From positions 1 through 64,000 of the forward strand of contig JAXHNL010000001.1 of assembly GCA_034520565.1 (NCBI GenBank): a stretch of 64,000 nt of DNA, written 5' to 3'. This document shows positions 11,214 to 20,110 of the stretch, one piece after another (the stretch's first letter is position 1; each line of letters starts with the position of its first letter). Source of the DNA: Halodesulfurarchaeum sp. (GTDB lineage Archaea; Halobacteriota; Halobacteria; Halobacteriales; Halobacteriaceae). Below the pieces are notes generated by a model, which searched no databases, had not been told where the DNA came from, and was given only the letters and a program-made list of their open reading frames with translations. Both the position numbers and the translations under genes were made by a program.

Positions 11214-12713
11214 CTATGTGGCGGTTTCAACGCCGGTGATTTCGAACCGTGCGCCCCCAGCAGAGCCATCCGCCAGGTGTATGTCCCAGCCGTGGGCCTT
11301 GGCGACCTGTTCGACGATACTCAATCCGAATCCCGTCCCGTTCTCGGTCGTCGAGTAGCCCATCTCGAAAACCTCCTCACGGGCGGCTTCCGGGATACCG
11401 GGGCCATCGTCTTCGACATAAAAGCCGTCCTCCAGGGCCCCAATGGTGATCGTCACATCGCTTCCCCCGTGTTCGACTGCGTTGCGCAGGAGGTTTTCGA
11501 GCAGTTGTTCGAGACGACTCCGGTTAGCCTGGACCCGCCGGTCGATATCAGTGACGAGTGTCGCCTCGTCTGTGTCTACGTGTTGCCAGCATCCCGCAAC
11601 GACACTCTTCAGATCGACCGGTTCCATCTCATCCACCTGTCCTTCGCTGCGGGCCAGGATGAGCAGATTCTCGATCAGCGTGTTCATTCGGTTGTGGGCG
11701 TCAGCAACAGCCACCAGATGTTCGCTGGTACACTCCTCGCGGGCCAGCTCCAAGCGTCCCGCAGCGACATTCAACGGATTCCGCAAATCGTGTGAGACGA
11801 CCGAGACGAACTGGTCGAGTTGTTCGTTCCGGGACGTCAGCGCCTGTGCAGTCTCCCGTAACTCGGTTGTCTTGGTGATGGAATCGTGTGCGGCAGTGGC
11901 GTTCGCTCCGAGAATACTGATGATCTCTCTTTGATGAGCATTGAACGCATCCTGCTCGGGTGAAGAAACACTGAGAAGTCCATAGTCCCCAAGCGGAACG
12001 TACATTTCTGTTCGAACAGCCGTCCCCATGGTCGGGGTCTCTTCGACTGTCGAGACGTCGGCGTAGTACTTGGTCGAGGTATTGATGAATGCAGGCCAGG
12101 CAAGACTGTCGGGACCGAGTGCTGGCGGTTCCTCAATGGTGGCTTCGAGTTGCTCGGTCCAGGCAACGGGTCTGAGCGTTCGTCGTTCATCATCGACCCA
12201 GTAAACAGACGCATACTCGAATCCAAGCACATCGCTGCTGGCTTCGACGACACGATTGGCGAGGGCGTCCGCCGAGGCCGCCGCGATCATCTCTCGTGTC
12301 GCAGTGTGGAGTGCTGCCAGTTCGTCCAATGGGTCCGAGAGGGATCGAACTTGCATTGCGCGGTCGAGTCCCGACCGGAGCCGATCCGGGTTGGTCGAGA
12401 CGACCGACAGCGGGACATAATCGTCCACGCCAGCGGCCAGGGCCTCGCTTGCGAGCACACCACTGTCAGACTCCGAGATGAAGCTGATGGGGAGTGTTGG
12501 GAACTCGCGTCGAATCTCCCGAACGAGATCGAGAGAGTCAGTTGCTGCCAGTTCCTCTGTCACGATCAGCGAGTCGACCGCTCGATCGCGGAGCTTGCCG
12601 AGGGTCTCGGTGGCTGGGACAACCGTCAGCTGGGTATGCGAGTCAAGCGCTGTGGCCACGAGATTTTCCATCTGTGAGCCAGCAGTGACGAGAAGAACTT
12701 GCTCAGTTGACAT
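11214..12713 (-). CDS. Pseudo-receiver/GAF sensor histidine kinase
   Basis: REC-like N-terminus (ALAAGVDDYVP); GAF domain; VSHDLRNPL; ENLLRNAVEHG; DDGPGIP; GTGFGLSIV. Confidence 0.9.
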   Translation of the reverse strand: MSTEQVLLVTAGSQMENLVATALDSHTQLTVVPATETLGKLRDRAVDSLIVTEELAATDSLDLVREIRREFPTLPISFISESDSGVLASEALAAGVDDYVPLSVVSTNPDRLRSGLDRAMQVRSLSDPLDELAALHTATREMIAAASADALANRVVEASSDVLGFEYASVYWVDDERRTLRPVAWTEQLEATIEEPPALGPDSLAWPAFINTSTKYYADVSTVEETPTMGTAVRTEMYVPLGDYGLLSVSSPEQDAFNAHQREIISILGANATAAHDSITKTTELRETAQALTSRNEQLDQFVSVVSHDLRNPLNVAAGRLELAREECTSEHLVAVADAHNRMNTLIENLLILARSEGQVDEMEPVDLKSVVAGCWQHVDTDEATLVTDIDRRVQANRSRLEQLLENLLRNAVEHGGSDVTITIGALEDGFYVEDDGPGIPEAAREEVFEMGYSTTENGTGFGLSIVEQVAKAHGWDIHLADGSAGGARFEITGVETAT

Positions 12714-12969
12714 CGGAGAATATTCCCATAGGTTCTTTTGGAGGTGCTGAAGATTATAGTTTTCTTAACGTGTACTTCTCATCATTTGCTGTCTGCCCGG
12801 GGTCATGCAAGATACGCGCCCTCCATTCAGCACGCTCCAGGGGATCTAATTCGAGTCTGCCAGAATCCGGCTGCTACATATCGCGTGTGAAATCAGCGCT
12901 CCGTTTCGTTTCACGCATCTCACGCTGAACCGTCCACGCACGAAGGAGCACGGTTCGGGAAAGTCGCCG

Positions 12970-13287
12970 TCAGGACTCGCGCCACTTGTGGCCGCACTCG
13001 ACGCAGGTGAACAGCCGAACCTCGTAGGAGCCGCCCGGCTTCGGCATCATCTCGTAGTCGGCCCGCTCGCTGTCGCAGTCCTCGGCCGGACAGGGCTCCT
13101 GCATCGTCTCGGTGGCGTCCTGGGTCGCGTCGGCCACGGCGGGTGCCCCGTCGTCCCGCTGTCCATCCTGGGTCGCCATCGCCGCTTCCGCTTGCGAGTC
13201 CCGCGGCTCCTCGTTCTCACAGGAGCGACACACCCACGTGTCGCCCTCCGTGTGCATCAGCGACCCACACTCGTCACAGAATTTCAT
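12970..13287 (-). CDS. TFS/RpoM (RPA12/RPB9/RPC11) family two-zinc-ribbon protein, non-canonical
   Basis: MKFCDECGSLM..CRSC N-terminal ribbon and CPAEDC..FTCVECGHKWRE C-terminal ribbon; lacks the QxRxADE hairpin. Confidence 0.88.
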   Translation of the reverse strand: MKFCDECGSLMHTEGDTWVCRSCENEEPRDSQAEAAMATQDGQRDDGAPAVADATQDATETMQEPCPAEDCDSERADYEMMPKPGGSYEVRLFTCVECGHKWRES

Positions 13288-13311
13288 TTAAATAGGAACA
13301 CACGGGTGTCG

Positions 13312-13318
13312 AATATAT
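13312..13318 (-). promoter_or_regulatory. Archaeal TATA-like box for a leaderless TFS-paralogue transcript
   Basis: ATATATT on the minus strand, 25-31 bp upstream of the ATG at 13287. Confidence 0.45.
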
Positions 13319-13467
13319 GTGTTAACTTCCGACCGGTGTGAATGTCGGGCAACCGCTCCTGGGAACTGTGCCTGTCGAATCGAACAGCTCCGATTCTCGG
13401 GTGGACCTGTTGTGGACGATCGCTGATCAGCAGGGGATTGCCAGTCACATCCCCACGACAGCACCCG

Positions 13468-14799
13468 TCAGGTCGGCTCCGGGACGAGCAACACGCGGAT
13501 GTCGTTCACGTTGGTGCCCGTTTGCCCCGTCACAATCAACCGATCCTGTTCGGCGAGATAGGCGCCGGAATCGTTCGCGTCGAGGGCCGCCTGGGCTGCA
13601 GGCCGGTCGATGGCTGATTCGTCGACGAGGGCACCAGCCGCGTCGCTGGCGCCGTCGATACCGTCGCTGTCCACGGCGCCCACGATCGTCGACCCCTCGA
13701 TCGCAAGGCCGGCCGAGAGTGCGAACTCCTGGTTTGGGCCACCTGACCCACCGCCGTCGACGGTCACCGTCGTCTCGCCGCCCGTGAGAATCGCCGCCGG
13801 CGGGTCGATCGGGGTCCCCGTCGCCCGAATCTCGTTGGCGATCGCCGCGTGGGTCTTCGCCGCCTCGCTCGCCTCCCCCTCGACCCGCGAGCTGAGTACA
13901 AGTGGCTCATACCCCGCATCGCTGATCACGTCCGCCGCGGCTTCGAGAGCCGTCATCCCGTCGGCGACGATGTGAGTCGTGACTCGATCGAAGACCGGGT
14001 CGCCGGGCTTTGGGGTCTCCTCGAGGTCGCCGGCGACGCCCGATTCGATCCGGTCCTCGATTGAGTCGGGGAGCGAGAGATCGAAGCGCTCGATCACCGC
14101 TCGGGCATCCGCGAAGGTAGTCGGATCGGGCACGAACGGCCCGCTCGCGATCACGTCGAGATGGTTGCCCACGACGTCGCTCAACACGAGCGAGACGGTC
14201 GTCGCCGGAGCTGCGAGGGCGGCGAGTTGGCCGCCCTTCAGTGCCGAGAGGTGCTTGCGGACCGCGTTGATGTCCTGGATCGGGGCGCCGCTTCTGAGAA
14301 GCTGATCCGTCGTCTCGATCAGTTCCTCGAGTTCGATCCCGAAGGCTGGGGCGGCCATGAGCGCGCTTCCACCGCCGGTAATCACACCGAGGACGAGGGT
14401 GTCGGCGTCGGTCTCCCGCGCCCGGTCGAGAAGTTGGCGCGTCGATTCGACCCCCAGCTCGCTCGGGACCGGGTGGTCGCCGGGCAGGACCGTCACGCGC
14501 TCGGTTTCCACCGGGTCGTCCGTCACCACGATCCCCCCGTCGAGGTACTCGCCGAGTTTCTTTTCGAGTGCACGGGCGACCTGCGAGGCGGCGTTCCCGC
14601 CGCCCAGCACGACGACCTCGTCGTACTCGGAGAGGTCGTAGGCCTCCCCGTCGATGCGCAACGTCCCGCCGTCGACTGTCACCGCCGCCTCGATGACCTG
14701 GGCCGGATCGCTCGCCTCGATACCGGCGAGAAGGCTGTCGAGGACCGTCTCGTGGTCAGGAGAGCGAACAAGCGTCTCTCGGTTTTCGACCGATTTCAT
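13468..14799 (-). CDS. Glycerate kinase type 2 (MOFRL family)
   Basis: GDHPVP, ITGGGSAL, INAVRKHLSALKGG, LSDVVG..IASGP, GGETTVTV..GGPNQE, TGTNVND. Confidence 0.92.
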   Translation of the reverse strand: MKSVENRETLVRSPDHETVLDSLLAGIEASDPAQVIEAAVTVDGGTLRIDGEAYDLSEYDEVVVLGGGNAASQVARALEKKLGEYLDGGIVVTDDPVETERVTVLPGDHPVPSELGVESTRQLLDRARETDADTLVLGVITGGGSALMAAPAFGIELEELIETTDQLLRSGAPIQDINAVRKHLSALKGGQLAALAAPATTVSLVLSDVVGNHLDVIASGPFVPDPTTFADARAVIERFDLSLPDSIEDRIESGVAGDLEETPKPGDPVFDRVTTHIVADGMTALEAAADVISDAGYEPLVLSSRVEGEASEAAKTHAAIANEIRATGTPIDPPAAILTGGETTVTVDGGGSGGPNQEFALSAGLAIEGSTIVGAVDSDGIDGASDAAGALVDESAIDRPAAQAALDANDSGAYLAEQDRLIVTGQTGTNVNDIRVLLVPEPT

Positions 14800-15614
14800 C
14801 CGGCGACCCTCCGAACGAGCGAAAAAATGGCGTCCCGAACGCCATCAGGCAAGAACCGTGCCCACGTCAGGTACCGCGACGCGGGGCCGACCGTGTACCG
14901 TGCCTTCGGGTTCGTCGAGACGCCCGCCTCGAGGATGACCGAGGCAACCGTTTCCGGCGGGACCGAACTCATGCTTCCGACGACGTCCCAGTCTTCCAGC
15001 GCGGCGTAGACGTCCGCGTAGGCTTCGCTCCGTTCGAGATCGTCGAGGGAGGACTGGGCCCGGTCCTCGAACTGCGTCTCGACCGGTCCCGGCTCGACGA
15101 GCGAGACGTCCACGTCGAACGCCGAGGCCTCGACCCGGAGCGCGTCGGAAAGCGACTCCAGCGCCGCTTTCGAACTCGAATAGATGCCCATCCCGGGGGC
15201 CGACAGCCGACCGGAGACGCTCGAGACGTTGACGATCGTTCCCGATTCGGCCTCCCGCATGTGGGGCAGCGCGGCCCTGATGAGTCGATACGGGCCCAGG
15301 AGGTTCACGTCGAACTGTGCCTCGACCAGTCGGGTCGGGACGTCTTCGACGGGGCCGAACTGCGCGTAGCCGGCGTTGTTCACCAGACAGTCGAGCCGTC
15401 CGGTTTCCGCGATCGTCTCCTCGACGACGCTCTGGCATTGAGCCGGTTTCCTCACGTCGAGGACCCGAGTAATCGCACCCTGGTCCTCGAGGGCCGCGAT
15501 GTCCGACAGTTCGCGGGCGGTCGCGACCACCGTCCACCCCTCCACCAGGAAGGCTTCGGCCGTCGCTCGACCGATCCCCGAGGAGCATCCGGTGATGAGT
15601 ACGGTCCGTTCCAT
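14796..15614 (-). CDS. Short-chain dehydrogenase/reductase (SDR)
   Basis: TGCSSGIG, NNAG, YSSSK catalytic motif; stop overlaps the glycerate kinase start. Confidence 0.92.
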   Translation of the reverse strand: MERTVLITGCSSGIGRATAEAFLVEGWTVVATARELSDIAALEDQGAITRVLDVRKPAQCQSVVEETIAETGRLDCLVNNAGYAQFGPVEDVPTRLVEAQFDVNLLGPYRLIRAALPHMREAESGTIVNVSSVSGRLSAPGMGIYSSSKAALESLSDALRVEASAFDVDVSLVEPGPVETQFEDRAQSSLDDLERSEAYADVYAALEDWDVVGSMSSVPPETVASVILEAGVSTNPKARYTVGPASRYLTWARFLPDGVRDAIFSLVRRVAG

Positions 15615-15638
15615 ACGGTCCCATCGCCCGGTCGGCAG

Positions 15639-16421
15639 TTAACGCTTGCACTCCCCGGCCGCCCGATCCGCGAGCCGAATCGGTTCCGGGAGCTTATAGC
15701 CCGCCCCGAGGGCCGGGACCAGGTCGACTGCAGTATCCGGAACGACCCGGTGGCCGGGACTGACGTACACCGGGTTGACGTGGCGTTTCTCTGGATTCGG
15801 AAACTGGCGGGTCTGGACGGCCTGGCCGATCACAGTGCCCGAATCGGTTTCGACCTCGTCGTCGGCCCGGATCGGAACGACAGTCCCCTCGGGAAGCGGC
15901 TCCTCGAGGGAGCGGTCGGGCGTTCCACAGAGGAGGTTCTTCGTGACGCCGAGCGCGGGAACGTCGTAGAGCACGCCGACGTGGGTGGCGATTCCGGCCT
16001 CCCGGTAGTGGATCCGGCCGCTCCCATCGAAGACGAGGAGGTCGGGCTCGACGGCGAGCGAAGCGAGGGCTTCGACGATGGGTTCGCCCTCGCGAAACGC
16101 GAGGAGGCCTGGAATATAGGGAATCGAGAGTGGCGTTCGGGCACAAACTGTCTCCACGATCTGCCCGTTCTGTACAGCGACGACGGCACTCACCGCCATG
16201 TCGTCCTCGAAGGCCTGATCGACGCCAGCCACGATGGGGCCCTCCTCCGACGGGGAGCCCTGCCGCTCGAGGTCGAGGGGTTCGGTCACCTCGATTGCCG
16301 CCGGATCGGGACACCCGTCGTCCGCGAAGACCGCCTCTGACGCGAGTTCACGCTGCTGGGCCTCCATCGCCTCCCTCGAGGAATCAGGATCCGGGTGGTA
16401 CACCGGATTGACTGGCGTCAT
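15639..16421 (-). CDS. nfi: Endonuclease V (deoxyinosine 3' endonuclease)
   Basis: GVDQAF, PYIPGLLAFRE wedge, FDGSGRIH, PVYVSPGH, LPEPIRLAD. Start set at ATG 16421, right after the rhomboid stop. Confidence 0.92.
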   Translation of the reverse strand: MTPVNPVYHPDPDSSREAMEAQQRELASEAVFADDGCPDPAAIEVTEPLDLERQGSPSEEGPIVAGVDQAFEDDMAVSAVVAVQNGQIVETVCARTPLSIPYIPGLLAFREGEPIVEALASLAVEPDLLVFDGSGRIHYREAGIATHVGVLYDVPALGVTKNLLCGTPDRSLEEPLPEGTVVPIRADDEVETDSGTVIGQAVQTRQFPNPEKRHVNPVYVSPGHRVVPDTAVDLVPALGAGYKLPEPIRLADRAAGECKR

Positions 16422-16422
16422 C

Positions 16423-17349
16423 TCAGCGACGGCGTCGGCGGCCGCCGCCTGGCGGGCCGCCCCCGCCGATCTGGAGCTGTTTGGGCGCCCTGGTGCCACG
16501 CTGTTTGAGGTAGAAGCCATACAGCAGGCCGATTCCCAACCCCGCGAGGTGGGCGAGCTGGGCGACCCCACCGGCCCCGATCCCGCCGAGCGAACTCATG
16601 AAGACCGAGTAGGCCGCAAAGAGCGACGTCGCGACCCAGAGGGGCATCGGGATGATGAAGTAGATGTAAATCCGGAGGTTGGGGTTCAGCACCGTGAGTA
16701 CGCCCATGAGCGCCATGATGGCCCCGCTCGCACCGAGAACCGGCGAGGCCCCACCCATCGCTGCTGCCACGAGCACCTGGGCGAGTCCGGCGACCACGCC
16801 GCTGCCGACGAACAGGAGGGCGAAGTTCTTCGACCCGACCTTTCGCTCGACGAGGGGGCCGAAGAAGTACAGCACGATGCTGTTGAACAGAATGTGCATG
16901 AACCCGCCTGGCGAGTGGGAGAAAATCGACGTGATCCAGGGATACACGTAGAGGATGTTGTCCGTATTCAGCGTGAAAATCCGGGTGAAGAGGTCATAGC
17001 CGCCCAGTGCGATGGCGACGAATTCCAGCGGAAAGACGAGCCAGATGATCGCCAGAAAGACGTAGGTCATGTTCCGACGGACGTAGCCGCCGATCCCGCC
17101 GGGCCCCGTGGAGAGTCCGAGTTTGGAAAGGAGACCCCGACTTCGGGAGGGTTGGCGACCGGTTCGGCCGGTCCCGGAACCGCCCGCGTCGAAGCCAGAA
17201 TCGAAGACCCCGCCCGGGTCGTCCCACTGGTCCAGCCCCGGGCAGTCGTGGTTCTCGGGAAGACGATGTTCGGAACAGAACGTGCCGCCACACATGCGGC
17301 ACTGGTACGGCATGCCTTCTTCCCGCCCACAGTAGTCACATCGCACCAT
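16423..17349 (-). CDS. Rhomboid intramembrane serine protease with N-terminal AN1-type zinc finger
   Basis: CDYC..CRMCGGTFCSEHRLPENHDC; HILFN; GASG catalytic Ser; AHLAG catalytic His. Start at MVRC (17349). Confidence 0.93.
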   Translation of the reverse strand: MVRCDYCGREEGMPYQCRMCGGTFCSEHRLPENHDCPGLDQWDDPGGVFDSGFDAGGSGTGRTGRQPSRSRGLLSKLGLSTGPGGIGGYVRRNMTYVFLAIIWLVFPLEFVAIALGGYDLFTRIFTLNTDNILYVYPWITSIFSHSPGGFMHILFNSIVLYFFGPLVERKVGSKNFALLFVGSGVVAGLAQVLVAAAMGGASPVLGASGAIMALMGVLTVLNPNLRIYIYFIIPMPLWVATSLFAAYSVFMSSLGGIGAGGVAQLAHLAGLGIGLLYGFYLKQRGTRAPKQLQIGGGGPPGGGRRRRR

Positions 17350-17434
17350 GCCCCGGGATATGACAGTCCGGAGGATAAAACTCCCGACACGGGGGCCGCG
17401 GGGGTTTTTGGAACTGGACCCCCTATCTTCGCCC

Positions 17435-17869
17435 GTGAAACCCTTCGAGCGGGACCGGCTGCTCGAACGCATCGACCGGGACGGCGCGACGGTCGGGGCC
17501 TCGATTCCCGATCAGCTCTCGATCGCCGGCGAGACGGTCGATCTGGCAGCCTTCGTCCACGATGCGAGCGATGCGAACGGGGGACCCTCGGACGACCGGA
17601 TTCGCGAGGTTATTCGGGGGCTGCGAGCGGAGCGAAAACGACGACGGGACGAGATCGAAACGGGTGAACTTTCCACCGACCGAGCCGAGGAACTGGCCGA
17701 CTCGATTCTGGGCATCGACCGGGCGCTCACTGTCCTCGAATCCGATACCGAGACCGACATCGAGGCCGAATCGGAACGACAGCGACAGGCCGACCGGAAG
17801 CGCTGGCTGTCGTTCCTGAATTCGGTGACCGGGAAGAATTCGAACCGGCACGGGGAGGGGAACCGATGA
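17435..17869 (+). CDS. Conserved archaeal helical protein (DUF5788-like)
   Basis: GTG start; ERDRLLERIDRDGATVGASIP..GIDRAL..DRKRWLSFL. Stop overlaps the polX start (ATGA). Family name is from memory. Confidence 0.7.
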   Translation: MKPFERDRLLERIDRDGATVGASIPDQLSIAGETVDLAAFVHDASDANGGPSDDRIREVIRGLRAERKRRRDEIETGELSTDRAEELADSILGIDRALTVLESDTETDIEAESERQRQADRKRWLSFLNSVTGKNSNRHGEGNR

Positions 17870-19614
17870 CCTCGAACGCCGAGGTGGCCGACCGACTGGA
17901 CGAACTGGCCGACCTCCTCGAAGCACAGGACGTCGAGTACAAGCCCCGTGCCTATCGCAAAGCGGCCGACAACGTCAGATCGAGCGCGGACCCGGTGAGC
18001 GACCTCGTCGACGACGGGCTCGATGCCGTCCGAGAGATCGAAGGGGTGGGGGAGGCGATCGGCGAGAAGATCGTCGAGTACGTCGAAACCGGATCGATCG
18101 AGGAGCTGGATTCCCAGCGTGAGGCCCTCCCGGTCGACATGGCGGCGCTCACGCGGGTCGAAGGTGTCGGGCCGAAAACCGTCGGGACACTCTACGAAGC
18201 GCTTGGCATTCGAACCCTGGACGACCTCGAGGACGCAGCGACGGCCGGCGAAATCCAGGCGGTCTCGGGATTCGGCGCGAAGACCGAGGAGAACATCCTC
18301 GACAACATCGATTTCGCCCGACGGGCGGGAACCCGCTCCTTGCTCGGGACCGCACGGCCGATCGGCGAGGAGATCCGGGACTTCCTGGCCCCCAAGCCGA
18401 GAGTCGATTCGGTCGCCCTTGCCGGATCGCTCCGCCGGTGGCGCCCGACCATCGGTGACGTCGACGTGCTCGTGGGAACCCCGGAGGCAGCTGCTGTCAC
18501 CGAAACCCTTACGGACTGGGACCGGGTCGAGTCGGTGCTCGAATCCGGCGAGACGAAGACGAGCCTTCGGGTGGCCGGAATGCAGGTCGACCTCCGCCTG
18601 ATCGAGCCGGCCGAATTCGGGAGTGCTCTCGTGTACTTCACCGGAAGCAAAGACCACAACATCGCCCTGCGAAACCTCGCGATCGAGGATGGGTTGAAGG
18701 TCAACGAGTACGGCGTCTTCGAGGTCACCGACGCCGAGCGGGCCGATCCCGACACACGAGCGGGCGACCGAATCGCGGGGGAGACCGAGTCGAGTGTCTA
18801 CGACGCCCTCGGACTGTCGCTGATCGCACCCGAACTCCGGGAGAACCGGGGCGAAATCGAAGCTGCGGTCGCCGGGAAGTTGCCCGACCTCCTCGAGGCG
18901 GGCGATCTCAGGGGAGACCTCCACGTCCACACGAACTGGTCGGACGGTGACTACTCCATCGAGGAGATGGTCGACGGGGCCCACGAGTACGGTCACGAGT
19001 ACGTGGTGATAACCGATCACGCCGACGGCCCAGGCGTCTTCGGCGACAGCGGGCTCTCCGAGGACGACATCAGAGAGCAACTGGAGGTAGTCGAGTCCGT
19101 CTCCAGGGAGGCCCCAATCGAGGTATTGACCGGCATCGAGGCCAACATCGCGCCGGACGGATCGGTCGAGAACACCGACGATGCGCTCCTCGCCGAACTG
19201 GACGTGGTGATCGCCTCGCCACACGCCGACATCGGCGACGGCGAGGATCGGACCGACCGCCTGGTCGCGGCGATCGAACACCCACACGTGAACGTGCTCG
19301 GGCACCCGAGTGGCCGCCTGTTGAACCAGCGACCCGCGATGGCGTTTGACCCGGGGGCGATCGGTCGAGCCGCAACGGAGAACGGGGTCGCTTTGGAGGT
19401 GAACGCCAACCCCCACCGGCTCGATCTCTGGGGATCGGCCGTCAAGGCCGCGATCGACGCAGGAGCCAGCATCGCCATCAACACGGACGCCCATGCTCCC
19501 GAAGAGTTCGCCTATCAGCGATATGGTGTCCACACTGCCCGGCGGGGCTGGGCCACTGGAGCGGACGTGGTGAACACCCGTGACGTGGCGGGTCTTCGGG
19601 ACTTCCTCGACTGA
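17866..19614 (+). CDS. polX: DNA polymerase X with PHP 3'-5' exonuclease domain
   Basis: HhH motifs, GSLRR..GDVDVL, QVDLR, YFTGSKDHN, PELREN; PHP motifs DLHVHT..SDG, TDH, GIE, GHP, NTDAH. Confidence 0.95.
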   Translation: MTSNAEVADRLDELADLLEAQDVEYKPRAYRKAADNVRSSADPVSDLVDDGLDAVREIEGVGEAIGEKIVEYVETGSIEELDSQREALPVDMAALTRVEGVGPKTVGTLYEALGIRTLDDLEDAATAGEIQAVSGFGAKTEENILDNIDFARRAGTRSLLGTARPIGEEIRDFLAPKPRVDSVALAGSLRRWRPTIGDVDVLVGTPEAAAVTETLTDWDRVESVLESGETKTSLRVAGMQVDLRLIEPAEFGSALVYFTGSKDHNIALRNLAIEDGLKVNEYGVFEVTDAERADPDTRAGDRIAGETESSVYDALGLSLIAPELRENRGEIEAAVAGKLPDLLEAGDLRGDLHVHTNWSDGDYSIEEMVDGAHEYGHEYVVITDHADGPGVFGDSGLSEDDIREQLEVVESVSREAPIEVLTGIEANIAPDGSVENTDDALLAELDVVIASPHADIGDGEDRTDRLVAAIEHPHVNVLGHPSGRLLNQRPAMAFDPGAIGRAATENGVALEVNANPHRLDLWGSAVKAAIDAGASIAINTDAHAPEEFAYQRYGVHTARRGWATGADVVNTRDVAGLRDFLD

Positions 19615-20099
19615 TGGGTCCCTCCCGTTCGAATCCCGAACCGACCGTGACCCCTGCCGAGACCCGACTCTGTCTCGACGTCATGCTCGGCGGTCTCGTC
19701 TCGCCGCTTCGGATGATCGGCTATGATACGGCCTACGCACTCGATCGGGGTATCGAGAGCGACGGGACGATCCTCGAACTGTCCGCCCGGGAGAATCGGC
19801 TGTTACTCACCCGGAATCGGGCGGTCGCTTCGACGTCGGAGGAAAGCCTGCTGCTCACCGAAACAGCGCCACTGGAGCAGCTCCGTGAACTGGACGAGGC
19901 TGGTTTCACACTCGAACTGACGGAGCCGATGCGGTGTTCCCGTTGCAACGGAACCCTGGATCGGGAGACCGACGGCCCTGGACCGGCGGACGGGCCAGAT
20001 CCCGGCAAAGAACCGGTCTGGGAGTGTCGAAACTGTGGACAGTTCTACTGGAAGGGGAGCCACTGGGAGCACCTTCGGGAGCGGCTCGAACGTCTCTGA
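19614..20099 (+). CDS. Mut7-C RNase (PIN-like) domain protein with zinc ribbon
   Basis: DVMLGGL..LRMIGYDT, LLTRN, RCSRCNGTL, CRNCGQFYWKGSHW; TGATG overlap with polX. Confidence 0.88.
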   Translation: MGPSRSNPEPTVTPAETRLCLDVMLGGLVSPLRMIGYDTAYALDRGIESDGTILELSARENRLLLTRNRAVASTSEESLLLTETAPLEQLRELDEAGFTLELTEPMRCSRCNGTLDRETDGPGPADGPDPGKEPVWECRNCGQFYWKGSHWEHLRERLERL

Positions 20100-20110
20100 A
20101 ACGGGGTCGA

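Noticed and set aside
12860-12960. Short inverted repeats between the kinase and TFS genes as a possible tRNA, ncRNA or MITE
   Set aside because: Only short imperfect hairpins; no cloverleaf, T-loop consensus, terminal repeats with target duplication, or second copy in the window.
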